Virus record (IMG/VR): IMGVR_UViG_3300035494_000066
Strand: one strand, 5' to 3'
From: a virus
Lineage: Duplodnaviria > Heunggongvirae > Uroviricota > Caudoviricetes
Length of the DNA: 64,000 nt
A program made the translations under genes and the position numbers. Of the stretch, positions 46,545 to 56,073 are shown piece after piece. The notes under the pieces were generated by a model. It did no database searches. It was not told the origin of the DNA and worked only from the letters and a program-made list of their open reading frames with translations. How positions within the stretch are numbered: the first letter of the stretch is position 1; each line of letters begins with the position of its first letter.

Positions 46545-46993
46545 ACTGACACATCCTCCATACCTGCTGTCCGGAGCCGCACAATATGACCTAACATAAA
46601 GTTTTTACTTTCGAATCCCTTCATAATACCTAGCCACTGATTCCTAATAAACGCAACTTCATTGATTATAGTTTCATGAGTAATAACTTCTGGTTCTCCG
46701 TCTACATATTTCTCGGCGTCCCGGCTCGAAAGTGCCCGTTGATAATTTTCTAAATATTTCTGAAAATGCTTTCGACGTATTTTTCGCAACTCGATGTTTA
46801 AGAAGTTTAAAACAGCTTCGATTTCTTGAAGCTGATTAAACCGATGTTCGGTAACACCCGGGAGCTTACTTATATTCTTTTCTACGTTGCCGAATATTTT
46901 TACTTCTTCTTTTGCAGATATCAGTTCATTCTTGTAATAATCTATAAAATCCGGAATTACAGATATATCATATACTACCTTATTGTACCACAT
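46541..46993 (-). CDS. uvsY: recombination mediator UvsY
   Basis: Y.ENYQRALSSRDAEKYVDGE, helical, downstream of recA. Confidence 0.75.
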   Translation of the reverse strand: MWYNKVVYDISVIPDFIDYYKNELISAKEEVKIFGNVEKNISKLPGVTEHRFNQLQEIEAVLNFLNIELRKIRRKHFQKYLENYQRALSSRDAEKYVDGEPEVITHETIINEVAFIRNQWLGIMKGFESKNFMLGHIVRLRTAGMEDVSV

Positions 46994-48156
46994 TAATTAG
47001 TAACCCATTTAATAAATGACTCTGGAAATACGTTTAGCGATAAGTTACGGCGGGCTGCAAAGTCTAACAAATACTCCCGCAACTTTGACCTTTCTTCTGA
47101 TGAAGGCACTGTTTCGATCAAAGCACTAATTACACTCCACTGACTGTCAGAAAAGCAATCCTTTTGCTTAAGCAACAAGTTTTTTGAGTCTTCGTCCATG
47201 ACTGAGCCGTTTAAGAACGAAGGTGAATTGCACAGTGAAACTCGTATCTCTTTAGCACCAGAACTGTATGTGTTAATAAAATCCGAAAATCCGAAAAGTG
47301 TCAGATTGCTAATAACGCTGTTAAACGAATAAGTTAAGCCAGTGTCTCGGATTAGTGAAAGGTTAGAGTTAAATCGCGTCCAAGTATTGCCATACCGAAC
47401 AAACTCATATAGCGAGCCAGTAGTTTCAGCCGAAACCACAACATCATGATTAATACCTTTTAATGCACTTACTACATTTTGCAATCGTGACGCGCTCACA
47501 CCTAACCCGGTCCACACGCGGACTACGCCCGGCGTGTTTATTGCTGATAACAAGGGGACTATTCCGTTATAGAGCAACGGCTCGCCGCCTGCTATATCTA
47601 ACTCGCGCAGACTAGGCGAGTTAGCTAACTGTACTATTTCTGAAATTATGCCACTATCGCTAGACCGTGCAATAATATCCTTTTGCGAAATCTTATTCAA
47701 TACTTTGTCGCGAGAAGATAAGACAAAGCGGTCGTCTTCAGTTTCTACTGCATAAGAGCCGTGCTCTACAATGTCGCGGCGCCATGCTGAACTGTACTGT
47801 TTACAACAGTACACACATGTCAGGTTGCAGTCGTTCGACACATTAACTGATAGGTATTCGGGTGTAGCGTTAACATTAGTGTGGGTTACATCAGTTCTGT
47901 TATGCACGCGCCGGCGACTAGGCAAGCCTGCTGCTTCTGGCAGCCAGCATGCGGTCTTGCATGACGTTACTGGCTTATCTGCTAGCATATCAGTTCGATC
48001 TTGGTGTAACGCCGGTGTGTTAAAGAGCATTCCAGGATGCTCTTTAACCCATGCCTTATCAATTTTAGTTGACGTAGCAGCACAACAGCTAGACGTAGTC
48101 ATTTGGACTAAGTCTATTGTTAACCACGTGAATTTTTCTGAACAATAGTAATTCAA
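46993..48156 (-). CDS. radical SAM protein
   Basis: CNLTCVYC (CxxxCxxC), GGEPLL; extra N-terminal Cys cluster. Confidence 0.9.
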   Translation of the reverse strand: MNYYCSEKFTWLTIDLVQMTTSSCCAATSTKIDKAWVKEHPGMLFNTPALHQDRTDMLADKPVTSCKTACWLPEAAGLPSRRRVHNRTDVTHTNVNATPEYLSVNVSNDCNLTCVYCCKQYSSAWRRDIVEHGSYAVETEDDRFVLSSRDKVLNKISQKDIIARSSDSGIISEIVQLANSPSLRELDIAGGEPLLYNGIVPLLSAINTPGVVRVWTGLGVSASRLQNVVSALKGINHDVVVSAETTGSLYEFVRYGNTWTRFNSNLSLIRDTGLTYSFNSVISNLTLFGFSDFINTYSSGAKEIRVSLCNSPSFLNGSVMDEDSKNLLLKQKDCFSDSQWSVISALIETVPSSEERSKLREYLLDFAARRNLSLNVFPESFIKWVTN

Positions 48157-48171
48157 GTTAGTATTTCTTAA

Positions 48172-48384
48172 TCACTCGTCGTCGTTTGGACTAAAGTCAA
48201 CGTGGTAGTTAGTTGCGGCTTTTAAATACTTGTCAACTTCTGCGAGTGCAACAAGCAGTTCTTCGTCCGGCGACAATTCGGAAATTCGGTCAACAACATG
48301 ATCAGCAACAGCTTGTCTGTCTTTAGCAGGTACATACCGGATCATGATACTGTACATTGCTTCTAATAGTTCAGCTTCCATCAA
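48172..48384 (-). CDS. small hypothetical protein
   Basis: 70 aa, ATGA overlap with recA. Confidence 0.7.
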   Translation of the reverse strand: MMEAELLEAMYSIMIRYVPAKDRQAVADHVVDRISELSPDEELLVALAEVDKYLKAATNYHVDFSPNDDE

Positions 48385-49481
48385 TCTACTCCATTTGTTT
48401 CGTCTGTGTCGTTAACTGTTTCATCGGATTCTTCGTTAACGCTGTTGAGTACAACTAAATCTTTATTATTGTATGTAGCCATAATGCTATCCAAGCAACC
48501 GTCTTCGTTTGATTCCCAGTTTTTTCTAAACTTAATAATCGACTCACCAGTAGATTTGTCAATGTATTCGAGTCGATTCCCTGTTTTAGACAAAATACCC
48601 GACTTCTCAAAAATATCTACTAGCCCAGAGTAAGGATTCATACCAGTGTCGTACGGGATCTTTACCTGCACACTTTCAAACGGTTTTGCGTAACGTGTTT
48701 TCATAATCTTACACGCAGACCGGATACCGCGGACGTCGGTTACTTTTTTGCCATCCTCGTCTTCTTTAAGCTTAAGCTTCTTCATTGCAACTACGATAGA
48801 GCTAGCGTAAATAAATCCCTGGCCGCCGGCAATCTTGTCGTCTGGGTCAAACATGTCCTGGCTTGCATACGTGTGGTTAGTTGCAACTAGTCCTACATTA
48901 TGGCTTCCGAACATATTTACGCAGTTAGTTACTAACGCCTTGAGTGCTTTAGCTTTGCGGCCCATGTCACCTTTCATGTCACCAGCTTCGAACTGATTTA
49001 GTTCAGTTGGTGACATGAGCATACCGAGCGAGTCAACTACAAATAACACCTTCGGCCGCTCGTCTTCTGCAAGCTCCTTATATCCTTTCATGAACTCCGA
49101 GATAGTTTTTGCTACATCATCGATCATAGCCATATTAAGCTTTAGTAGCTTATCTTCGCTAGTATCTACGCCTAGTGCTTTAAGCCACGCCTCATCGAGA
49201 GCGTTTTCCGAGTCAACTTGTACTACAAAAATTCCTTGCTCTTGTGCAGCACGTACAATGTTGCCCGAGCAGATGTAACTTTTACCAGAGCCAGACTCCC
49301 CGGCGAATACAGAAACTTTTCCTAACGGAATTCCTTTGTAAAAGTCTCCGCTAATTAAGTAGTTTAGTGCGTAACTACCAGTGCTTACCCAATCAGTTGG
49401 GTCATTAAACCCGATTGATAAGCCGTTAATACTTTTTGTAATATCTTTTCGAAATTTACTTACGTCAAATGGTTTTGCCAT
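48381..49481 (-). CDS. uvsX: RecA-like recombinase (UvsX)
   Basis: GESGSGKS, DSENALD, VVDSLG, NHTY, GGQGFIYASS. Confidence 0.93.
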   Translation of the reverse strand: MAKPFDVSKFRKDITKSINGLSIGFNDPTDWVSTGSYALNYLISGDFYKGIPLGKVSVFAGESGSGKSYICSGNIVRAAQEQGIFVVQVDSENALDEAWLKALGVDTSEDKLLKLNMAMIDDVAKTISEFMKGYKELAEDERPKVLFVVDSLGMLMSPTELNQFEAGDMKGDMGRKAKALKALVTNCVNMFGSHNVGLVATNHTYASQDMFDPDDKIAGGQGFIYASSIVVAMKKLKLKEDEDGKKVTDVRGIRSACKIMKTRYAKPFESVQVKIPYDTGMNPYSGLVDIFEKSGILSKTGNRLEYIDKSTGESIIKFRKNWESNEDGCLDSIMATYNNKDLVVLNSVNEESDETVNDTDETNGVD

Positions 49482-49489
49482 GTTTATTC

Positions 49490-50396
49490 CTATGTGTTTG
49501 TTTTGAGCTCTAACCCGTTGCCTGCTACTGAATTTCGATACACGATTTCTCGATACGAAGTAAGGCGTTCACTAATACTTTCGAAAATCCCGATCGGAAT
49601 TTGATTTGTTATAGGCTTTACTCCCCGATCGTTACACCAAGCAATAAACTCAGGAGAATACGGAATAGTTTGTGGGCGGTTTAAGTTTACCTGAAATGCC
49701 CACTCAAGTGTTTCGTAATTATACACGTCTGGGTATTCTAGTGTACTATCATAATTAACCCATTTATCGTAATTTTGCCGACCTACATATGTATATCCAA
49801 AACTAAAATTAACTACATCATTATTCGACACAAACGTGTCTTTAAACGGATTTTCGAATACCTGCCATTTATTCTCTGATTGGAATTCAATTTTACTAAA
49901 TGCCGATTCTAGACGATGCACAGTTAAGTTTACTTCTTCATACGGAAAAAATATACCCTATCTTTGTTAATGCTACTGCTAGTGGAATTTCTCTAACACT
50001 ATCATCAAACATATCATGCAATTTCCATCCCGTTTCTGATATGCTAACATCAGGAGACGCTTTTAACGCATCAATATCAACTATAACTTTCTGGGACTGC
50101 ACCCAATCAGAGTGTTGCTTATTTAAAAAGTTTTGATCTAAATAATCGTTAAGGTCTACATTAGTGTCAAAGGTTAGTCTGGCTAATTTATATAAGACTT
50201 CATTAGTTTTACACACCGACCAGTGAATAGATGTTAGAAGCGGATTTATTTTATTAGCTACTGCGTTAAAATCAGAGAAATAATTGTTTTGCGTTGCATT
50301 AGCATGATGTATGTACCACTCTATTAGAGAGTGATTGTACTTAACATCAACCGGAAGAGTATCGCCGGAATTTTTATATACTAGATTTATTTTCAT
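49490..50396 (-). pseudogene. single hypothetical gene interrupted by one extra base in a T6 run (49946-49951); sequencing error or real frameshift
   Basis: Removing one T joins the ORFs 49938..50396 and 49490..49921: ...KIGYIF-PYEEVNLT-VHRLESAF... Confidence 0.7.
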
Positions 50397-50403
50397 ACTG
50401 TAA

Positions 50404-50425
50404 AATGCGGAGCTAGCTCCGCATT
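50404..50425 (-). terminator. perfect 22-bp palindrome after gp32 (terminator-like)
   Basis: AATGCGGAGCTAGCTCCGCATT followed by TT on the minus strand. Confidence 0.65.
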
Positions 50426-50433
50426 ATTATTAT

Positions 50434-51429
50434 TTACTGACTGCGGGCGCGGATCATAGCAAGGATATCTTGCGGGTTAGCTGCAGCTTTTGGTGATTCT
50501 GCTGGCTCAGCCGGAGCCGATGGCGAAGAGTGTTCATTGCCTTCCCATGGGGCCGGTTCTGCTGCTGGTGCAGCCGGTGCAGCAGCAGGCGCTAGAGCAG
50601 CTGGAGCAGCTGGGGCAGCTGGGGCTGATTCGGACTGCGCAGTAGGTGCTTGTACACCAGGCGGACGGTAGTACTGGCCGTACTTATCAATGTCGTACGG
50701 CATTCCGTTTACAGAATCTTCAAACATCTGCTTAATGATATCAAGCTCAAGCGCTGATGGCTTTTTAGGTAAAAATTCGCTTAGGTTGTTCAAACCATAT
50801 TGCTGAATAGCAGTGCTTTCTTCTTCTGTTAGAGCACTTTCGCGGCGTGCCCACTTACTAGTAGAATAGTCTGCGAAACCGCCTTTGCTTGTCTTTTTAA
50901 TAACAAAATCCAAGCCTTGCATATAATCAGTTGGGAGTTCTACTAGCTCTGGATCCATTAGTGCATCTTTAATCGGAGCATATAGCTGCGGGCCGATAAT
51001 GAATCGACGAATCGGATTTTCCGGTTTATCATCTGAAAGCGGATTTTCGCGGACAAAACCTTGGAAAATATAAGAACGCTTTTTCCAATACTTTCGACCC
51101 ATGTCTTCTAGGTTTGGGTCTTTGAACCAGGTCCGAACTTCTGCTAGAATTGGGCATGGTTCTTGCCACATCTCAACACACGGAACTGACACTGTAACAG
51201 GTTTTGATCCCGGCTGGCCTTTGACCCCTGCAAACGGCAGTTTGATCATAAGTCGCTCTACCCAGAAGAACGGGTTATTACTATCTGCGTCTGGCAGGAA
51301 ACGAATTGTGCAGCTTTCGTCTTCTTGGATGTTCCAGTGTGGGTAAATTGCGTTGTCGCCGGTTGGGCGTTGTGAATTGTTTGCTTGCTGCGCTTGTAGA
51401 CGAGCGCGAATTTCTGCTAGTGATTTCAT
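50434..51429 (-). CDS. gp32: single-stranded DNA-binding protein (T4 gp32 family)
   Basis: IRFLPD, PFFWV, CVEM...CP, YWKK.SY, G.DFVIK.T.KGG.ADYS.S.W; A/P-rich tail. Confidence 0.9.
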   Translation of the reverse strand: MKSLAEIRARLQAQQANNSQRPTGDNAIYPHWNIQEDESCTIRFLPDADSNNPFFWVERLMIKLPFAGVKGQPGSKPVTVSVPCVEMWQEPCPILAEVRTWFKDPNLEDMGRKYWKKRSYIFQGFVRENPLSDDKPENPIRRFIIGPQLYAPIKDALMDPELVELPTDYMQGLDFVIKKTSKGGFADYSTSKWARRESALTEEESTAIQQYGLNNLSEFLPKKPSALELDIIKQMFEDSVNGMPYDIDKYGQYYRPPGVQAPTAQSESAPAAPAAPAALAPAAAPAAPAAEPAPWEGNEHSSPSAPAEPAESPKAAANPQDILAMIRARSQ

Positions 51430-51432
51430 ATT

Positions 51433-51476
51433 TTAGTTATGCCTTAGTTATGCCTTAGTTATGCCTTAGTTATGCC
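51433..51476 (-). repeat. four perfect tandem copies of GGCATAACTAA ending 3 nt before the gp32 ATG
   Basis: Plus strand TTAGTTATGCC at 51433, 51444, 51455, 51466. Confidence 0.95.
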
Positions 51477-51521
51477 TAGATCGCAACAGTGAGATACATT
51501 ACGTACACACCTATGCGAACA

Positions 51522-51550
51522 ATTTTATTTATCTTTTGCAGTATTGTCAA
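51522..51550 (-). promoter_or_regulatory. overlapping early (TTGACA-17-TAAAAT) and late (TAAATA, 51526-51531) promoters for gp32
   Basis: Direct reading. Confidence 0.7.
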
Positions 51551-51563
51551 CCAAAAAATAAAC

Positions 51564-51592
51564 AAAAAAATAGCTGCACCGAAGTACAGCTA
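51564..51592 (-). terminator. Rho-independent terminator with a C(UUCG)G tetraloop
   Basis: TAGCTGTAC-TTCG-GTGCAGCTA-TTTTTTT. Confidence 0.9.
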
Positions 51593-51634
51593 CTATAGTA
51601 GCACTTTCTTGTTACAAGTCAAGTACTTATGTTG

Positions 51635-53068
51635 TTAGCGACAACGCGTCTCTACAACTCCGCTAAACTTATCTTCGGCATACGAAAGCATCTGTGCAAA
51701 CGAGTCGAACACCTTGCCAAATGCTTTAGTAGTCTTATCAGCTGACTTAAGCACGAATTCACTAACCGGCTTGCCGTCAACATACACGTCGCCAAACACA
51801 TCATCTGTTACTTCATCAACGTCATCGATTTTTGCTTCAACGTCATCGTTAATAACCCGACGAACTGAGTTCATTGACTCTGCTACGTTGAGTTGTTTGC
51901 GATATTTCATAACTGCTTTTTTAGCTTTAGTTACAGCTCGTGCACGAGTAGGTTCGCGACCGGATTCTAATGTTTTATTAGGTTTTCCGTACTCAACTGC
52001 GTATACTTTCCACTCGAATCCGTCGCCGGATTTTTTTGTACTCCATCCAAACGAATTTGGACTTTCTGACAACTTAACCGATTCACTGACGTTGCGATTA
52101 TTAGCTACTTTAGCCATGTTCTTGGCCATGGTAGTTGCTGTCTGAAGTGATAAGTCTTCTTTCTCTGGGACAGGGTCAAACTCAAATCCAATACTACCGC
52201 TGCGAGTAAGTGTAACAGATGCACGAGATACATAAAAACTATTTTGGTTGTTTACAGCAGGATCGTCAAGCACTACGTAATAAACATGCGACCCCGACCG
52301 GAATCCAGCATATTCGATCAAAACAACGTCTGACATCACTCCTTCGGTATATCCGGCGTTGTTATAAAATTGCTCCAGCTGATCTTCAGTATACGGCCCA
52401 GCTATAGCAGCTGTTGCTTCGTGCACGCCTGCACTATAAGAATTGTCAGCTGACTCCGATGCTATTTTTGGTTTGATATTATCGATGTAAAATAGCTCCG
52501 ATGCAATCTCATAATCAGGATTGTTTGCTTTAGCTAGTGCAGCTTTTACTCCGTTGTATGTAGACCAACGCTTACGAGCGGCTAGCTTCTTTGTAGCAGT
52601 ATTGTATATAACCCACGGCCCGCCGCCGCTGGCTGCTTCTGTAGTTTTACTAACATCTTCATCTTTGTCATACGCATACCATTCATCGTACGACAAGTAC
52701 ATGTCAGTATCCGGGTCGTAGTATTTCCCTTCGCGAGGATCGTAATACACAACTTTGCCGGAGCGTGTGCGGAACGGCCCCTCTAATCCTTCGCGTTCCT
52801 GGTATCTTTCTGTATCAATCGGCGGAAGGACTTTATATCCTTCGAGCACCGTTAACCCTGCTTCTTTTGCCCACGTCTTTATCGCGCGTGAGGGGACTGC
52901 AGTTAATGAAGAGATGTCAGCCGGACTTCTTCCTTCTTTAATAAGACGGGTTACTAATAGTTTTAATCGTTCTGCAGATGCTGTTTTAGCTACTTCCTTG
53001 ATCTTCCGGCGCTTAGTAGTCCGCAATTCAGCTTCAACTAAGTATTCTGATAGTGTTTTCATTTTCAT
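51635..53068 (-). CDS. modular protein with a capsid-targeting-like N-terminus; candidate processed internal head polyprotein
   Basis: MKMKTLSEYLVEA; unrelated modules separated by VLEG, VHEA, VSES, LSES, VAES. Confidence 0.65.
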   Translation of the reverse strand: MKMKTLSEYLVEAELRTTKRRKIKEVAKTASAERLKLLVTRLIKEGRSPADISSLTAVPSRAIKTWAKEAGLTVLEGYKVLPPIDTERYQEREGLEGPFRTRSGKVVYYDPREGKYYDPDTDMYLSYDEWYAYDKDEDVSKTTEAASGGGPWVIYNTATKKLAARKRWSTYNGVKAALAKANNPDYEIASELFYIDNIKPKIASESADNSYSAGVHEATAAIAGPYTEDQLEQFYNNAGYTEGVMSDVVLIEYAGFRSGSHVYYVVLDDPAVNNQNSFYVSRASVTLTRSGSIGFEFDPVPEKEDLSLQTATTMAKNMAKVANNRNVSESVKLSESPNSFGWSTKKSGDGFEWKVYAVEYGKPNKTLESGREPTRARAVTKAKKAVMKYRKQLNVAESMNSVRRVINDDVEAKIDDVDEVTDDVFGDVYVDGKPVSEFVLKSADKTTKAFGKVFDSFAQMLSYAEDKFSGVVETRCR

Positions 53069-53138
53069 TTTAATGTTCCGTTAATCTAATTTGTGTATAC
53101 TTTAATTGTATATTAATTGTTGCAATAAAAATAGGCTG

Positions 53139-54983
53139 TTAAACAGCGCCTTTGTCTATTAGCGTTATAACCCAATCGTCGCCGTAAACATATCCCATGA
53201 TTTCATCCACTAGCGAGTCGCGATCGTTTTTCATCGAGTCAATAATATCATCGTCAATACCAACACGTCGAGCGTAACCTGCTAATGCAGTCTGATTCCA
53301 ATCCTTAATACGAGTGTACATTTCCTCCGGAGATAAATCTTCATCTGACTCTGTAACAGAATTATCAACTTGAGATTTTACTCGTCTTGCAATATCAGGC
53401 ATATGCTCCTCTAGCCACGACAGTATGACCGGGCGTGCGTCAGCATCGGGTGTTGCTTTACTAGCTGCGTATAACGCGTCAGATAGCCCGTCTGCGCTTA
53501 GTACAGAAGCAATAGTACCAATGGCACTGTCTCCATCAACTCCTAGCGAGATCGGCTCGTTGAATAGTTCAAATAGCTCACCGACATTATTTGAATTAGG
53601 TTTTTTCCACACTTGCTCAGACAATCGGTTAGCCCATCGTTCGAATGATTTCGATTCTGCGAGTTCTGCAGTACGGACTTCGGTCTTATATGTTTGATCT
53701 TCTTTAATTTTAGTAAGATCAGACAGGTAGTGTTTAGCAATACGGCTTGCTAGCAACATCTCCGGGTCGCTCAAGCGATCAAACTTCTCAACGATACTTT
53801 TTGCAAATGTACGCAACGTTTGGTTAATAGATCTGCTCGATATATCTTCCATGATATTCCTCATCAGTGATGCACCGTCACTGAATCGAGACTGCATTAT
53901 AATCATATCTGCAGCAGGGTCTTCTTTAAGCAACAACGAAAAACTGGCTTGTTCGAAAATAGATGCCGCTTCGCTTAGTTTATTCATTTTATCGTCCTCT
54001 AATTCATTGAATGTCTGTGCTACAAGAGGTAGCGCATCATCGATATCGTCGCTAACAACTGATTTCACTAGCTTGCGGCGTATTTTGTCAATGTCAGAAT
54101 CTGGTACACTAGTACCGTCAGATTCCGGAATGTCTGTTGTCTCGATATACGCAGCATAACCGCGCGGAGATTGCAGCCTAGCTAATGTCTTATTAATACT
54201 CGAGTATTTCTTTATTGCACCTTCTACAATATCCTGAGCGTCTGCCTCAGCAAACTGCTTATTACGTGTTTTACGGATGAACTTGCTTAGCTTTTGCTTA
54301 TCGTCGACTAATTTAGTAATATGAGCACCTACAATGTCTACAGTAGAGCCGCCACTCGATACATGCCGGGCCATGGCGCGGGCGCCTGCTAAGTTATTAA
54401 ACGGTAACTTAAATCTCTCGCCTTCTCGTGTTTCTATATACACTGTACTGATCCGACGTGCTCGACTGCCGCGCTTTTCTTCGTCAATTGCAGTACTGTG
54501 ACGAATTATCAACCGGCACTCGCCAACTTTCTGATAGCTACTTTTTTTGCTACCGTACATCTTACTTTCGGTAATTGATGTAGATTCGTTTGCCGACACT
54601 ACGTCGGAATCGCCTGTTGCTAAGAATTTAAAATCATCTTTACTGAGTACTTTTTTAGAAATATCCCGAACTTCAAATCCTAGCATCCGACGCGAGCTAA
54701 ACTTTCGCAGCGATCGCAAAAAGTCAAACCAAATCGGCTTGTCTTCGTCAGTTAGCTCACTTGTAATGCTACGGCCATATATAACATTTAACGTATCTTT
54801 ATCAAGCAAACTAAGAGTGACATTCCCATATACACGATCGTCTACCTTAAAATCAAAGTTAAAAAATCGTGCCTGCGCTGGGTCTGTTACTACTTTAGCT
54901 GCTTCATCGCCTAACACAACCCCGGGAAACTTTCCGCGGATCTTATTAAACAACTCTTCTGCTGTATTTTCAATTTCTCTCAT
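53139..54983 (-). CDS. large conserved late protein next to terL; candidate internal head protein
   Basis: ITES, LSEA, LAES, VTES linkers; TAAATA 5 nt before the ATG. Confidence 0.65.
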   Translation of the reverse strand: MREIENTAEELFNKIRGKFPGVVLGDEAAKVVTDPAQARFFNFDFKVDDRVYGNVTLSLLDKDTLNVIYGRSITSELTDEDKPIWFDFLRSLRKFSSRRMLGFEVRDISKKVLSKDDFKFLATGDSDVVSANESTSITESKMYGSKKSSYQKVGECRLIIRHSTAIDEEKRGSRARRISTVYIETREGERFKLPFNNLAGARAMARHVSSGGSTVDIVGAHITKLVDDKQKLSKFIRKTRNKQFAEADAQDIVEGAIKKYSSINKTLARLQSPRGYAAYIETTDIPESDGTSVPDSDIDKIRRKLVKSVVSDDIDDALPLVAQTFNELEDDKMNKLSEAASIFEQASFSLLLKEDPAADMIIMQSRFSDGASLMRNIMEDISSRSINQTLRTFAKSIVEKFDRLSDPEMLLASRIAKHYLSDLTKIKEDQTYKTEVRTAELAESKSFERWANRLSEQVWKKPNSNNVGELFELFNEPISLGVDGDSAIGTIASVLSADGLSDALYAASKATPDADARPVILSWLEEHMPDIARRVKSQVDNSVTESDEDLSPEEMYTRIKDWNQTALAGYARRVGIDDDIIDSMKNDRDSLVDEIMGYVYGDDWVITLIDKGAV

Positions 54984-54999
54984 GCGTGTATTTACCTAG

Positions 55000-56073
55000 T
55001 CAAATCATTATAAACGGCATCGGTTCTACATAATCGTCGTCTAGGCCGTCTGCCAGAACTGTGTCAAACTCAGGGTCAAAACGCTTTAATTCTAAACACA
55101 TTCTAACAACCAAAATAGTAGACATTACCAAATCGTCCTTCTCGCCTGGTTTAGCTGCGTACGAACTTCCTACAGCAACAAAGTTTTTAATCTCGGATAT
55201 CAACATCTTAGAGTTTAAATTCATGATATCATTTTCAACCCAGGTTTTAAGTTTGCTGCATGCGTTTAACTTCGTTTTGTTAGTAGTATTGAACCCTCGA
55301 CGAAACCGGCGGCCGGATCCGGGTTTCTTTGTTTCGCTTAAGAAAATGCCCGGGATATTTTCTTCTCCGATTTCTTCGATTGTAATGAGAGCAGCTTCGC
55401 CTAATGTGTTATTCTCAACACTGTACCAAATATTAGTCGGCTCGCCTGTGATATCTAAAATGTAACGGTTGATTCCTGCTAAGATACTAATTTGTTTCGG
55501 TATAGGAGTCCGGTTGTTACACCATTCTGCTACCTGAATCATCGTCGGTAACTCGTACACTTGAATTGCAGCATTGTCGCCGCCGGTTCCTAAACTAGGG
55601 TCTAAGCCCACTGCATACGTGCGACCTTTTTCTGGTTTTTTAAACCACCGGACTTGACCAGTTCTAAACACTGGTTCTACTGCTTCTAGAGCTGCTATTT
55701 TAGTAGGCGATATAAGGGTTTCGTCAAAGATGATCGGCTCGCAGTTCGAAACTAAAACACCATTGGCATAAAATCTATGATCTTTGCCCGCATTAACGAT
55801 ATCGTATACTTTCCCTTTGCCTAGTTCAACAATGTTTAATAGTGCTACAGGGCCCAGACTAGACTGAACTATATCACCCAATTTTAAATCCTGCGCAGGA
55901 ACTTTGGCTAAATTGTTTACGTAAATCTCGTGATCGTGCGTGCACTCGACCCATAAGTTGTACTCAAACTCTAACCGTAACCCAGTCTGGCTTCCTTTCT
56001 CTACTATACCATCAAACGATTCATAACCAGCAGCCGTTAAAATCTTATATCCTTTTGTATTTTTCTTAAACAT
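55000..56073 (-). CDS. terL: terminase large subunit C-terminal (nuclease) fragment preceded by a 110-aa split-intein C-half
   Basis: ...CTHDH...VYDIVN...FYANGVLVSN/CEPIIFDETL; RNase H-like GLDPSLG, ENN, DDLVM. Confidence 0.92.
   Translation of the reverse strand: MFKKNTKGYKILTAAGYESFDGIVEKGSQTGLRLEFEYNLWVECTHDHEIYVNNLAKVPAQDLKLGDIVQSSLGPVALLNIVELGKGKVYDIVNAGKDHRFYANGVLVSNCEPIIFDETLISPTKIAALEAVEPVFRTGQVRWFKKPEKGRTYAVGLDPSLGTGGDNAAIQVYELPTMIQVAEWCNNRTPIPKQISILAGINRYILDITGEPTNIWYSVENNTLGEAALITIEEIGEENIPGIFLSETKKPGSGRRFRRGFNTTNKTKLNACSKLKTWVENDIMNLNSKMLISEIKNFVAVGSSYAAKPGEKDDLVMSTILVVRMCLELKRFDPEFDTVLADGLDDDYVEPMPFIMI
55744..56073 (-). mobile_element. atypical split intein IntC of TerL (110 aa)
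   Basis: Contains block B TxxH, block F and terminal Asn before Cys+1; penultimate Ser. Confidence 0.9.

Noticed and set aside
50480-50660. GC-rich repetitive stretch in gp32
   Set aside because: It encodes an Ala/Pro-rich flexible C-terminal linker, which is normal for SSB proteins.
51433-51476. 11-nt tandem repeat as a CRISPR array
   Set aside because: The repeats are directly adjacent with no spacers, are too short, and no cas genes are present.
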